A stretch of DNA of 64,000 nucleotides from Syntrophomonadaceae bacterium. GTDB lineage: Bacteria; Bacteroidota; Ignavibacteria; Ignavibacteriales; SURF-24. Every line of letters starts with the position of its first letter. Within the stretch, counting starts at the first letter, position 1. Below the pieces are notes generated by a model. The model was not told where the DNA came from and did not search any database. It saw nothing but the letters and a program-made list of their open reading frames with translations. Positions 56,032 through 64,000 of this stretch are shown here, in pieces. Position numbers and translations under genes: made by a program. The stretch covers positions 2,646 through 66,645 of the forward strand of contig JBLNAZ010000131.1 in assembly GCA_050259615.1 (NCBI GenBank), given 5' to 3'.

Positions 56032-58677
56032 TTATAAGCTTTGGTTTTTTACGTTCCAGCCCTCAACGGTCAGGACCGGTTTTGCTCCTGCGAGATCCTT
56101 TTCCTCAAAGTATCCTTTAATTACTCTTTTTTCTCCCGGCAGAAGTGAGATGTAGTTGTCTTCCCAGAATACAGGAAGAAGTGCTTCACCTCCCTGTCCT
56201 TTTTTAAGGTTCAGATCCACCTGGAAAGCAAGTTTGTCTGAAGGGTTATGCAGTTCAACTGAAACATAACGGCCTTTGGCCTCACTTCCGAACTTATGTT
56301 TTACTTTAAGCTGTACATTTGCAAGAGAGTTAAGTAAAGTAAAATCAGCATATCCTTTTAATGGTGTTATATACCAGTTAGTTTTTGCCGAATCCAAGTC
56401 GTCTGGCTGTGTGGACAGAGTATAGAAGTTGGAGCTAATAACTTTTCCCTTAGCATCAAGCAGCCTCAGATCCACAAAGTAGGCTTTGGAAAGACCGCTT
56501 ATTTCAGGAAGAATAAGTGTCTTCTGAGTTGAATCGGGGTAAAGATCCAGTAACAATTTTTTGCTGAACTTTTCGGACATATCCGGGTTAAATACCCTTA
56601 CTTCTGCATTCAGCTTTTTGAAGCTTCTTTCGGTCTGGTTTACAACTTCAACTCCCCCAGTGCCGTAATTATACTGTATATGAACGGGTTCGCAGGCTTT
56701 CTTAGCGCCGTAGAAGGCCGCGTTCGGCATTAAATAGTAGTCATATAACTGCCACCATAGTTTTGGCCATGCTGCATTGTACATCCACTGAATTACGCCT
56801 GTAGCGTTAGGCTTATTAGATGCAAAGGCTTCGAACATAGCCCTCATGCCTTCATAGTTCATGAACTGCGCCTTTGTGCAGTACTCTTCCAGTGTTGCAG
56901 GCGTTCCGAGGCGGTTATTTAATATATCGTTATATCTGTCGACTGTGCTGAATGCATTGCCGCCGCAGTGGAAATCCCATACTTCATTTTTACTAGCGGG
57001 CCACCGGCTTTCAGCGGGGAACATCTTTTTCATGCTTTCGAGGGCCGGGATCTGAGGACCCGGTCCCGTTTCAGTATTAAATCCGTAAGCGCCACCGAAT
57101 TTCTTATCCACATACCAGTACTGAGGCGGCACATAGTCGTAAGGGCCAAGCATTTTAACTGCAGTTTTACCCGTTACAGCGCTAGTCCATCCCTTTGCTG
57201 AAGCAAGGAAAGGCCTTGTGGGATCATCCTGTTTTAAGATTTCCTGGTAATTCTTTTCAAGCTCCGGGCGCGGAAGTTTGTCGCTTCCATAGACCCATAC
57301 AAAAATTGAAGGATGATTTCTGAGCCATTTAATCTGATCCTGCCAGGATTTTGAAATGAGCTGTATATCTTCAGGAGTCTTGATTCCTCCGAATTCATCG
57401 ACTTCTTTTCCAAGTGAAGCCGGCCATTCCCACTGGCAGCTCCAGCCTGTCATGATAAGTATGCCGTTTTCATCGCAGAGGTTGTAGAGGTCTTCATTGT
57501 TACCCCAAAAGCCTTCCAGCCTGATGGTATTAAGGTTCATGTGCCTGGCGTATTCAACCTGGGTTTTATAATTCTCATATGTATTATCCAGGAAAAGGTT
57601 ATCAACCCAGCCGCCGCCGCGGATAAGGATTTTGCGGCCGTTAAGTTTATAGCCCCTGTAGCCGTTTTCATTTATATAATCTGAAACTTCCCTTATTCCA
57701 AAGCGGGTTTCGCGTGTGTCTGAAACCTGCCCTTTGTGGTGGAATGACACTTTAAGGTCGTATAATTCCGGGGTACCGAAGTCATTTGTCCACCAGAGGC
57801 GCGGATTTTTTATATTAAGCTCTTTATATTCAGCCGGGGAAAATGTTACAAGTTTATTTTCGCCTGGTTCCAGGGAGACATTTTGTGTAAACCGGATAGT
57901 GCCAGCCTCTGCAACCAGGGTTCCGTTTACCTTTTCAGAAGTATTATTCTTTACTTCAGCTGAAACGGTAAGCTTAGCGCTCTTAAGAGTCTTAAGGTCA
58001 ACGGTGCTTTTTACAAATGGAAAATTAACCGAGACATCCCCTGTGAGTCTTACTTTTACCTCTCTGAATAAGCCCATATTCCTGTCGGGGGATTTTGGAT
58101 TCCAGTCAACAAATCCCATTGTGGGGTCACCCGGAACCGGCGGGAAGACCTCAACGGCCAGAATGTTCTTCTCTCCGGGCCTTGCAGTTCCAGTCACATT
58201 CAGTTCAAACTGGCGGAATGCGCCCAGAAGTGTATCGCTTTTTGCCACAAGCTTTCCGTTCAGCCAGACGTTTGCACGGTAGTTAATTCCGTCAAATTGC
58301 AGCTTTACATACTTGACCGAATTTTTAGAAGGGATTGAAAACTCTGTTCTGTACCACCAGGAATTCTTAAACTGGTCTTCAGGTATTGAAGCGAAGTTCT
58401 TGCCCACGAAAACATCCTTATAGACCTTGTCGTTTACAAGATTACCCATTACAGTTGAAGGCACCACGGCAGGCAGCCATCCCGCAGGCTTGAACTCAGC
58501 GCTGGAGATAAGGCCGCCCTGTTCTTTTACATTTTCAGATGACTGAATGTACCATCCCTTTTTAAGAACCAAAGTATTATCCTCTTTTCTTTTTGCCATT
58601 AAGGGTAAGGACAGCAGGCACACCAGGACAAAGGCGGTAAGAAGCCTGCTGCCTGATAACTTAATTCTTGTATTCAT
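56032..58677 (-). CDS. Glycoside hydrolase family 2 (beta-mannosidase / exo-beta-D-glucosaminidase-like)
   Basis: Signal peptide. GH2 sugar-binding domain (NSWWYRTEF, LQFDGINYRANVWLNGK) and TIM barrel (NTIRLEGFWG...). 881 aa. Confidence 0.82.
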   Translation of the reverse strand: MNTRIKLSGSRLLTAFVLVCLLSLPLMAKRKEDNTLVLKKGWYIQSSENVKEQGGLISSAEFKPAGWLPAVVPSTVMGNLVNDKVYKDVFVGKNFASIPEDQFKNSWWYRTEFSIPSKNSVKYVKLQFDGINYRANVWLNGKLVAKSDTLLGAFRQFELNVTGTARPGEKNILAVEVFPPVPGDPTMGFVDWNPKSPDRNMGLFREVKVRLTGDVSVNFPFVKSTVDLKTLKSAKLTVSAEVKNNTSEKVNGTLVAEAGTIRFTQNVSLEPGENKLVTFSPAEYKELNIKNPRLWWTNDFGTPELYDLKVSFHHKGQVSDTRETRFGIREVSDYINENGYRGYKLNGRKILIRGGGWVDNLFLDNTYENYKTQVEYARHMNLNTIRLEGFWGNNEDLYNLCDENGILIMTGWSCQWEWPASLGKEVDEFGGIKTPEDIQLISKSWQDQIKWLRNHPSIFVWVYGSDKLPRPELEKNYQEILKQDDPTRPFLASAKGWTSAVTGKTAVKMLGPYDYVPPQYWYVDKKFGGAYGFNTETGPGPQIPALESMKKMFPAESRWPASKNEVWDFHCGGNAFSTVDRYNDILNNRLGTPATLEEYCTKAQFMNYEGMRAMFEAFASNKPNATGVIQWMYNAAWPKLWWQLYDYYLMPNAAFYGAKKACEPVHIQYNYGTGGVEVVNQTERSFKKLNAEVRVFNPDMSEKFSKKLLLDLYPDSTQKTLILPEISGLSKAYFVDLRLLDAKGKVISSNFYTLSTQPDDLDSAKTNWYITPLKGYADFTLLNSLANVQLKVKHKFGSEAKGRYVSVELHNPSDKLAFQVDLNLKKGQGGEALLPVFWEDNYISLLPGEKRVIKGYFEEKDLAGAKPVLTVEGWNVKNQSL

Positions 58678-58731
58678 TCCAAAAACTCCATTAAAACAAT
58701 AAGTGAATAGATATGAAAAGGATCCTTAAAA

Positions 58732-59124
58732 TTACTCTATTTTAACTATTCCGTTGCTGTATGCAATTGCGAAGCAGGTGACGTAGTGTTGAGAATGGCT
58801 CATTGTAATTTTCAGGGATTTGTCGCTTCCAAGGAACTCATTTAATTCACCAAAGAGCCTGACAGAAGGTTTGCCGCTCATTTCGTTAAATATCTCAATG
58901 TCTTTCCATCTCCAGCTTTTGTCCCAGGCATCTGTAAGAGCCTTGGCAACAGCTTCCTTGGCGGCAAAGCGCGCAGCAAGGTGCTGGTACTTGTTAGCCT
59001 TTGAAAGACAGTACTCCAGTTCAATCTCTGTAAATACCTTATTGAGAAACTTATCACCAAAACGGTCCACGCTTTCCTTTATTCTCTCAATTTCAATTAT
59101 ATCTATACCGATTCCTATTACCAT
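58732..59124 (-). CDS. acpS: Holo-[acyl-carrier-protein] synthase
   Basis: GIGIDIIEIERI and FAAKEAVAKAL motifs. Confidence 0.9.
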   Translation of the reverse strand: MVIGIGIDIIEIERIKESVDRFGDKFLNKVFTEIELEYCLSKANKYQHLAARFAAKEAVAKALTDAWDKSWRWKDIEIFNEMSGKPSVRLFGELNEFLGSDKSLKITMSHSQHYVTCFAIAYSNGIVKIE

Positions 59125-60830
59125 TAAAAACCTGCCGCTTTTCCGTATCCTCGGGGATCGGTTGCTCCGTAAATTATGTTATCCGCCGGGTCAATTAAAA
59201 TACCCTCGGCTCTGCCGAGTATGCGTTCACCGCCGAAAATATAGCCCATATTTTTCAGATTATCAAATGTATCCTTAGAGATGCCGAACTCCTCATAATA
59301 AAGCTCATCCGGAAGCCACTGGTGATGAATTCTTGGGGCATTTATTGCCTGCTGAATATTCATGTGGAAGTCGATCACGTTCATAATTGTCTGCAGTACA
59401 ACGGTAATAATTGTTGAACCTCCGGGAGAGCCGATAACCATAAAAGGTTTATTATTTTTAAGGACGATTGTTGGTGTCATTGAGCTCAGCATTCTTTTGC
59501 CCGGCTCAATGGAGTTTGCCTCGCTTCCGATGAGGCCAAACTGGTTCGGCTCACCGGGTTTTGAACTGAAGTCGTCCATTTCATTATTTAAGAGAAATCC
59601 CGCCCCGTCTACCACAATTTTGCTTCCGAAGGAGGAATTCAGCGTTGTTGTTGTGCTGACGGCATTGCCGTAGGAGTCGACTACACTATAGTGTGTAGTC
59701 TGCATGCTCTCGTGCTTAGGTGCCGTGCCGGGCAGAACGTCTTTTGAACTTATAGATTTATCAGTAATTTTTGAAAAAATGCTTTTTGCATAATCTTTAG
59801 AAGTAAGCCATTCTTTTGGAACAGGATAAAATGCTTCATCGCCCAGGTGTTTGGACCGGTCGGCATAAACATACCTTAAGGCTTCAACAAGCCTGTGAAT
59901 ATATGAACTGCTGTTCCAGTCCTCTTTAGTAAATGAATAGTTTTCAAGTATGTTAAGCGCCTCAATAAGGGCAATTCCGCCAGAGGAAGATGGCGGCATG
60001 GACACAATACCGTAACCCCTGTAGGAGCCTTTAACAGGTTCTTTTTCCACCACGCTGTAGTTTACAAGATCCTCTTTTGTAATTATGCCGCCCATTAAGC
60101 GCGATTGACGTTCAATAAGCTCTGCAATTTCCCCCTTATAAAACCCGTCTTTCCCCTTTTCTTTTATAAGCATCAGTGTCTTTGCCAGTTCGGGCTGCTT
60201 AAAGATAAAACCTTCCTTTAATGGTGCACCGTCGTGTATAAAAATCTTTGAAGATGAAGGGTTTTTCTTAAACTGCGGGAATTCAGATGCTATTGCTTCG
60301 GCAAGCCTGAAGCTAAGCGGAAAGCCGTCAGCAGCAAGGTCTATTGCAGGCTGAATTACATCTTCAAGCTTCATGGTGCCGTAATGTTCGAGGGCGTAAA
60401 TGAGCCCTGCAACGCTGCCCGGGACTCCTGCAGATAAAAATCCTTCGGTACTTCTTGAAGGGTCAAAGTTTCCAAGGCTGTCGAGATACATATTTTTAGC
60501 GGCCTTCGCGGGGGCTTTTTCCCTGTAATCCAGGGCAATGTCTTTTCCGTTTTTAAGGTGGATCACCATAAAGCCGCCGCCGCCGATATTTCCAGCCGGA
60601 GGATAAGTTACGGCCAGGGCAAAACCCGCTGCAACAGCTGCATCAACGGCATTGCCGCCGCGTTTTAATATTAAAACCCCCACCTGTGAGGCCAGGTCGC
60701 TTGCCGAAACCACCATGCCCCTTGTACCCCGTTCTGGGTCAGGAGATGCAGCGCTAACTGCATTTACAAAAACAAAAAGAAGCAGCAGTAATATTGCTGC
60801 TTTAGAAGATTTTAATGTGCGCATCAACAT
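59124..60830 (-). CDS. ggt: Gamma-glutamyltransferase
   Basis: Signal peptide, autoprocessing/nucleophile site MQTTHYSVVD, and GSPGGSTII. Confidence 0.92.
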   Translation of the reverse strand: MLMRTLKSSKAAILLLLLFVFVNAVSAASPDPERGTRGMVVSASDLASQVGVLILKRGGNAVDAAVAAGFALAVTYPPAGNIGGGGFMVIHLKNGKDIALDYREKAPAKAAKNMYLDSLGNFDPSRSTEGFLSAGVPGSVAGLIYALEHYGTMKLEDVIQPAIDLAADGFPLSFRLAEAIASEFPQFKKNPSSSKIFIHDGAPLKEGFIFKQPELAKTLMLIKEKGKDGFYKGEIAELIERQSRLMGGIITKEDLVNYSVVEKEPVKGSYRGYGIVSMPPSSSGGIALIEALNILENYSFTKEDWNSSSYIHRLVEALRYVYADRSKHLGDEAFYPVPKEWLTSKDYAKSIFSKITDKSISSKDVLPGTAPKHESMQTTHYSVVDSYGNAVSTTTTLNSSFGSKIVVDGAGFLLNNEMDDFSSKPGEPNQFGLIGSEANSIEPGKRMLSSMTPTIVLKNNKPFMVIGSPGGSTIITVVLQTIMNVIDFHMNIQQAINAPRIHHQWLPDELYYEEFGISKDTFDNLKNMGYIFGGERILGRAEGILIDPADNIIYGATDPRGYGKAAGF

Positions 60831-61716
60831 TTAATCCCTTTTCATTCAGTTGTTTAAGTAAAGTTTTGGTGAGCTCATTAACCTGCTGCATTGAAGCTTT
60901 CACGTCCTTGAGCAGTCCTTCGTCATAAAGAAGCTTTCCGACGTTATTATTACGTGAAGTAGTTTCATCGGTAAGTTTATTAAGTTTACCCAGCAGATCG
61001 TTTGTACTTTTCATAACAGACTGCATTTCATTAAGAGAAGAAGAGATTTTTTCTTTATTATCCTTAATGAATGTTGTTGTTTCCTTTGTCAGCTCGGCAC
61101 CGTTTGAAGAAAGCTGTTTAATGTTTGAGCGATTTTCATCAATCATTACGTTAAGCTTGGAACTGATGGAGGCTAAATTGGCCAGTGAGGCCTTCATCTG
61201 CGAATTGAAATCCTTGTCGGACAAAACGCCGTTTATGGAAGTAAGTGTAACCTCCACATCCTTAATAATCTTCACCAGGTCGTTCTGGACAGAGCCGAGC
61301 ATAGCCATAACAGCGGGGATATCTGCATAAAACACTCCGTGCTGAAGGCTCCTGTAGTCGAGCTCTTTATCCGAAATGCCCGGTTTAATTTCCACTTTTT
61401 TTCCGCCCATCAGGTCGAGCATCGATATTCCGAAGGTTGCATCCTGTTTCAGTTTTACGTCGGGCTCAAGTTCGGCGCTGACGATAGCGGAGTTTCCGGA
61501 TATATCGATATCCTGAACTGTTCCCTTTCTTACGCCATTAATAGTTACGATGTCACCTTTTTCAAGTCCGTTAGCCGATTCAAACTGAATTTTGACAGTT
61601 TTAATATCTGCGTTAAACCTGTAGTTTTTTGCCCATCCGAAAATCCATATCAGGAGCAGAAGAGCAATAAGTGCAGTAGCACCAACCTTAATTTCCGTTT
61701 TTCTCTGATCTCTCAT
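60802..61716 (-). CDS. MlaD/MCE domain protein with long coiled-coil tail
   Basis: N-terminal TM (EIKVGATALIALLLLIWIFGW), MCE beta-barrel segment (GLEKGDIVTINGVRKGTV), then a helical repeat region. Confidence 0.8.
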   Translation of the reverse strand: MRDQRKTEIKVGATALIALLLLIWIFGWAKNYRFNADIKTVKIQFESANGLEKGDIVTINGVRKGTVQDIDISGNSAIVSAELEPDVKLKQDATFGISMLDLMGGKKVEIKPGISDKELDYRSLQHGVFYADIPAVMAMLGSVQNDLVKIIKDVEVTLTSINGVLSDKDFNSQMKASLANLASISSKLNVMIDENRSNIKQLSSNGAELTKETTTFIKDNKEKISSSLNEMQSVMKSTNDLLGKLNKLTDETTSRNNNVGKLLYDEGLLKDVKASMQQVNELTKTLLKQLNEKGLNVDAHIKIF

Positions 61717-62074
61717 AATCTAATTTTTCTTTATTCAGAAATTCCGTTAATTGTCTGATATCAGTTGAATCGATCTTTTTGCGGTGAAGAATAAACTGAA
61801 GTTCATCCATGAAGTCCTGCCCTTTATCGAGGTTAAAATGATCGTTGTTCTTAACCACGTTTACGTACTCATTGACAATCGACCTCAATGTATCCTTATA
61901 CTGGGAATTCTTAATCTTAGCGATCTCTTTTTCAGTTTCTTTATGGATATTACTAACGATAAGGGGTTTAACCCAAAGGATGACCATGTCTTTATGGTAT
62001 TTGAACAGATAAATTCCGGCGCCGGTTAAGACGGTCAGAATGACAATTGCAGTTACGAAGCATCCTTTTTTCAT
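61688..62074 (-). CDS. Hypothetical membrane-anchored protein
   Basis: A single N-terminal TM helix. No recognisable motif. Overlaps both neighbours, suggesting translational coupling. Confidence 0.4.
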   Translation of the reverse strand: MKKGCFVTAIVILTVLTGAGIYLFKYHKDMVILWVKPLIVSNIHKETEKEIAKIKNSQYKDTLRSIVNEYVNVVKNNDHFNLDKGQDFMDELQFILHRKKIDSTDIRQLTEFLNKEKLDYERSEKNGN

Positions 62075-63375
62075 TAGTCTTTATTCGGGATATTAATTGG
62101 GGTCAAAACTTCTATCTGGATCTTTTTAACGCGTCTGTTGACGATTTCCCTGACAGTAAATTTATGATTTTTATAGGTAAAATTATACCCCTCCACAGGA
62201 ATTGTTCCGGCATAATTCAATATAAATCCGCCAATCGTGTCGTAATCGTCGTTATCAGAATAAAGATCTATGTGGAGAAGTTCATTTATCTGATCTATAG
62301 AAGTTTTACCGAGAACGAGGTAGGAGTTCGTGCTGATATTTGTAATCTCATTTTCCTCCTTATCGTACTCATCTCTGATATCGCCCACGATCTCTTCTAA
62401 AATATCCTCAAGAGAGATGAGGCCCGCGGTGCCGCCGTACTCATCGACAACGATACCAATATGCATTTTCTTTTCAAGGAATTCGTGCATAAGATCGCTG
62501 ATCAGTTTGGTTTCAGGGAAAAAGAGAGCCTTGCGTGCAAGTTTATTTAAGATGAGGGTTTTCTTCATTTCTTCGTTTTTTAAAAAAGGAAGGAGATCCT
62601 TGGCGTAAATAATACCAGTCACCTCGTCCAGGTTTGAGTGGTACAGAGGGATCCTGCTGTGGCCTGATTCCGAAACGACCTTCATAAGCTCATCAAAATC
62701 GGTGTCGTCCGAAATTGCCGTAATATCAACTCTCGGGGTCATAACTTCGCGTGCCGTTACGGTTCTGAAAGAGACCAGTCCGTGTATGAGCTCCTGCTCC
62801 TCCTCCACTATTGTTCCTTTTTCAATTCCAAGGTCGGCCAGGTCCGTAAAATCCGTAGAAAGTATGGCAGTTTTTGATTTATCGATTTTAATTCTTGAAA
62901 CAAGCACCCGTATAATATCTGTAAGTGTTTTTGAGACCGGGTATACGATGACGCCGATCCAGTAGAGAGGGATACTTACCATTTTAGAGAAAGCAACCGG
63001 GTACTTTGATGCCCAGATCTTGGGAGTAATCTCCCCGATAAAGAGGATAAGAATAGTAACAGAAATGATCTGAATTGTAAGAATCAGTTCTTCATTAAGC
63101 CTGTAGGTTCTGGCAATGTCAATAGCCAATGTGACAGAGATAATGGTAACAGCAACATTGACTATTGTATTGCATAGAAGTATTGTTACAAGGAGTCTTC
63201 TCGGGAATTCGAGAAGGTTAAAAATGTACCCGCCCATGAGCGGGTTTCCATTCTTAATTTCATTAATCTTATTTTTGTCCAGTGAAAACAGTGCAATTTC
63301 GCTTCCCGAGAAGAAAGCTGATAAAATAAGTAATCCGGTTAAAATCGCTATTTTAATATACCAATCAATTTCCAA
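62074..63375 (-). CDS. Hemolysin-family protein (DUF21-CBS pair-CorC_HlyC), GldE-like
   Basis: DUF21 TM region (FFSGSEIALFSL), a CBS pair, and a C-terminal transporter-associated domain. Adjacent to ssb, as gldE is in Bacteroidota. Confidence 0.85.
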   Translation of the reverse strand: MEIDWYIKIAILTGLLILSAFFSGSEIALFSLDKNKINEIKNGNPLMGGYIFNLLEFPRRLLVTILLCNTIVNVAVTIISVTLAIDIARTYRLNEELILTIQIISVTILILFIGEITPKIWASKYPVAFSKMVSIPLYWIGVIVYPVSKTLTDIIRVLVSRIKIDKSKTAILSTDFTDLADLGIEKGTIVEEEQELIHGLVSFRTVTAREVMTPRVDITAISDDTDFDELMKVVSESGHSRIPLYHSNLDEVTGIIYAKDLLPFLKNEEMKKTLILNKLARKALFFPETKLISDLMHEFLEKKMHIGIVVDEYGGTAGLISLEDILEEIVGDIRDEYDKEENEITNISTNSYLVLGKTSIDQINELLHIDLYSDNDDYDTIGGFILNYAGTIPVEGYNFTYKNHKFTVREIVNRRVKKIQIEVLTPINIPNKD

Positions 63376-63416
63376 AAAGCTGGTGATTCCTATAATGTTC
63401 TACATAAAGAATTAGT

Positions 63417-63872
63417 TTAGAATGGTAAATCATCATTCTCATCTACCGGAAGGTCAGGTTCGTTTACACCCGTTGGCTGCGGGGCACTGGTTTCCCTGAC
63501 ATTTGATGAATACTCGTGAGCAGATTCGCCAGCGGCCTCTCGCGATGCGTCAATCGGGATAATCCTTTCGCAGACAACATCCGTAGAATAGCGTTTTACG
63601 CCTTCCTTGTCAGTGTAGTCTCTTTTTGTAAGTCTTCCTTCCACAAAGACTCTTTTACCCTTCTTGAGGTTATCCTTGTAATAGTCCGATATTCCGAATG
63701 CCACAATGTTATGCCATGTGGTTTCATTCTGCCAGTTGCCGTCTTTTCCCTTGAATCCATAATCGGTTGCAATAGTAAATGAAGTAACAGCCAGGTTATT
63801 GGCTGTAAACCTTGTTTCGGCGTCTTTTCCAAGTCTGCCAAGCAGCATAATTCTGTTTAATGAGAAAGCCAT
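63417..63872 (-). CDS. ssb: Single-stranded DNA-binding protein
   Basis: OB-fold N-terminus LNRIMLLGRLGKDAETRFT, and acidic tail ending DDLPF. Confidence 0.93.
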   Translation of the reverse strand: MAFSLNRIMLLGRLGKDAETRFTANNLAVTSFTIATDYGFKGKDGNWQNETTWHNIVAFGISDYYKDNLKKGKRVFVEGRLTKRDYTDKEGVKRYSTDVVCERIIPIDASREAAGESAHEYSSNVRETSAPQPTGVNEPDLPVDENDDLPF

Positions 63873-64000
63873 ATTCCCTCCAGTAAAAATTAGTATTATT
63901 TCAAATATAATTTACAATTAAATAAACCAGATGCAATAGATCTACCCTGAAAACATCAATATTCGTGAGAAAAATGCATATTATCATCACTTAGTGGCAA

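Noticed and set aside
57104-57112. A perfect DnaA-box sequence, ttatccaca.
   Set aside because: It is a single isolated copy inside the GH2 coding region, which is consistent with chance.
1-64000. Scan for CRISPR arrays, IS elements or transposases, toxin-antitoxin pairs, retron or DGR reverse transcriptases, rRNA, tmRNA, RNase P and SRP RNA.
   Set aside because: I saw no regularly spaced direct repeats, transposase or RT motifs, or conserved ncRNA core sequences by eye. A covariance-model scan (Rfam) would be needed to exclude small ncRNAs.

Overview
This window looks like chromosomal core DNA from an FCB-superphylum bacterium, probably Ignavibacteria- or Bacteroidota-like. That assignment is an inference from three cues: a DUF5683 gene after parB, gldE-like/ssb synteny, and a PorV-like gene next to a protein with a T9SS-type C-terminal domain. 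The sequence is densely coding. About 62 protein genes lie in four strand blocks: + to about 23.1 kb, - from 23.4 to 48.0 kb, + from 48.4 to 55.9 kb, and - to the end. There is one tRNA-Pro(GGG) and several clear hairpin terminators. Most genes are housekeeping: rpe, nagA, folP, cdaA, parAB, argD, nadB, aroQ, purF, ftsY, hbd, holB, hprK, hpf, topA, ybeY, lysS, trpS, scpAB, mnmA, acpS, ggt and ssb. I saw no CRISPR array, transposase, prophage or recognisable defence system. The most unusual locus is a tight three-gene operon at 48.4-54.8 kb. It encodes a SusC-architecture TonB-dependent barrel, then a 702-aa secreted protein with an FN3-like module and a T9SS-type C-terminal domain in place of a SusD lipoprotein, then a PorV-like barrel. 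Secondary oddities:
- An HNH endonuclease gene has its conserved N-terminus one frame away from its only plausible ATG, across an A4 tract.
- FolP carries an unexplained N-terminal extension of about 115 aa.
- A MEMO-family protein has a signal peptide.
- Interleaved inverted repeats lie upstream of parA.
All functional calls rest on motifs read by eye from the translations. No database search was run.
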